Of a stretch of DNA of 64,000 bases, positions 63,203 through 64,000 are shown one piece after another (the first letter of the stretch is position 1; each line of letters opens with the position of its first letter). Source of the DNA: Eledone cirrhosa (Eukaryota). The DNA lies in NCBI GenBank assembly GCA_964016885.1, contig OZ024747.1, forward strand, positions 14,136,001 through 14,200,000, given 5' to 3'. A program made the translations under genes and the position numbers. The notes under the pieces are model-generated. The model had not been told where the DNA came from, searched no databases, and saw only the letters and a program-made list of their open reading frames with translations.

Positions 63203-63790
63203 AGAGAAAATTGAGGTTGGTAATGACACATGGAATATATAAGAGACAGAATACTTTTTTGTGAAAAAACATATAATTTTATAAAGTAAGGAAATAATAA
63301 AGGGTATAAAAAATGACCGGTTTCGATGGGTCTGCAAAAGCCATCTTTTCAAATGTTGATTAATATTAAGAAAAATTAATAATAAGAAGAGTTAAAATTT
63401 GAGATTTGAAAATTCAAGTATAAAATTCATTGTGGGATTTCATAGTAGTTTTCATCTTGGTAGCAGCTCGTTGACTGCTGTGTGCCTTTCTGGTAGTGAA
63501 TGAGAAGTTATTTGGGGGTGTGGGTTATTTTATAAAGATGAAAACTACTATGAAATCCCACAATGAATTTTATACTTGAATTTTCAAATCTCAAATTTTA
63601 ACTCTTCTTATTATTAATTTTTCTTAATATTAATCAACATTTGAAAAGATGGCTTTTGCAGACCCATCGAAACCGGTCATTTTTTATACCCTTTATTATT
63701 TCCTTACCTTATAAAATTATATGTTTTTTCACAAAAAAGTATTCTGTCTCTTATATATTCCATGTGCCATTACCAACCTCAATTTTCTCT
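63203..63790. mobile_element. Fold-back element with 256-bp arms, each holding a U3:A8-variant minimal hammerhead
   Basis: Arms 63203-63458 and 63535-63790; + strand HHR 63636-63683: AACAT-TTGAAAA-GATGG..CCATC-GAA-ACCGGT-C; mirror copy 63310-63357. Confidence 0.8.
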
Positions 63791-63814
63791 CTCTCTCTCT
63801 ATATATATAGATGA

Positions 63815-63863
63815 GATTCTACAGGACTAGAACTGTTTCATTCTTTAGAAATCATCAGGAATC
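63815..63863 (-). ncRNA. Type I hammerhead ribozyme
   Basis: GATTC-CTGATGA-T TTC taaa GAA T-GAA-ACAG ttctagtc CTGT-A-GAATC. Confidence 0.78.
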
Positions 63864-63868
63864 ATCAG

Positions 63869-63917
<49 letters not shown>

Positions 63918-64000
63918 CGTGTGTATATGTGTGTGTGTATATATATATATATGTGTGTGTGTATGTGTGTGTGTATATATATATATATGTGTGTGTGTGT

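Overview
AT-rich, microsatellite-saturated eukaryotic non-coding DNA; the SINE content and (TA)n/(CA)n density suggest an animal, probably a coleoid cephalopod such as octopus (inference). No intact protein-coding gene is evident, and almost all listed ORFs are translations of simple repeats. Recognisable content: about 25 copies of a tRNA-derived SINE (often in tandem), a CORE-like SINE, 3' fragments of RTE and Tx1/L1 LINEs, a broken DD37D (maT) Tc1/mariner transposase, several MITEs and five minisatellites or satellites, one of which arose inside a SINE. The main signal is a set of at least 8 sequence-unrelated families of short, ORF-less elements, mostly embedded in (TA)n and mostly fold-back (palindromic). 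By manual folding, each family carries a type I hammerhead ribozyme (CUGANGA, or the compensatory UUGAAAA core, then stem II, GAAA, stem III, NUH site and stem I), though one abundant family retains only the 3' half. The ribozyme is often followed by an AATAAA-like motif and a 3' tail with a shared GAGTNCT-like box. These look like Penelope-like pseudo-LTR or retrozyme-type non-autonomous retroelements that target TA microsatellites. All folds were read by eye; none was computed or tested.
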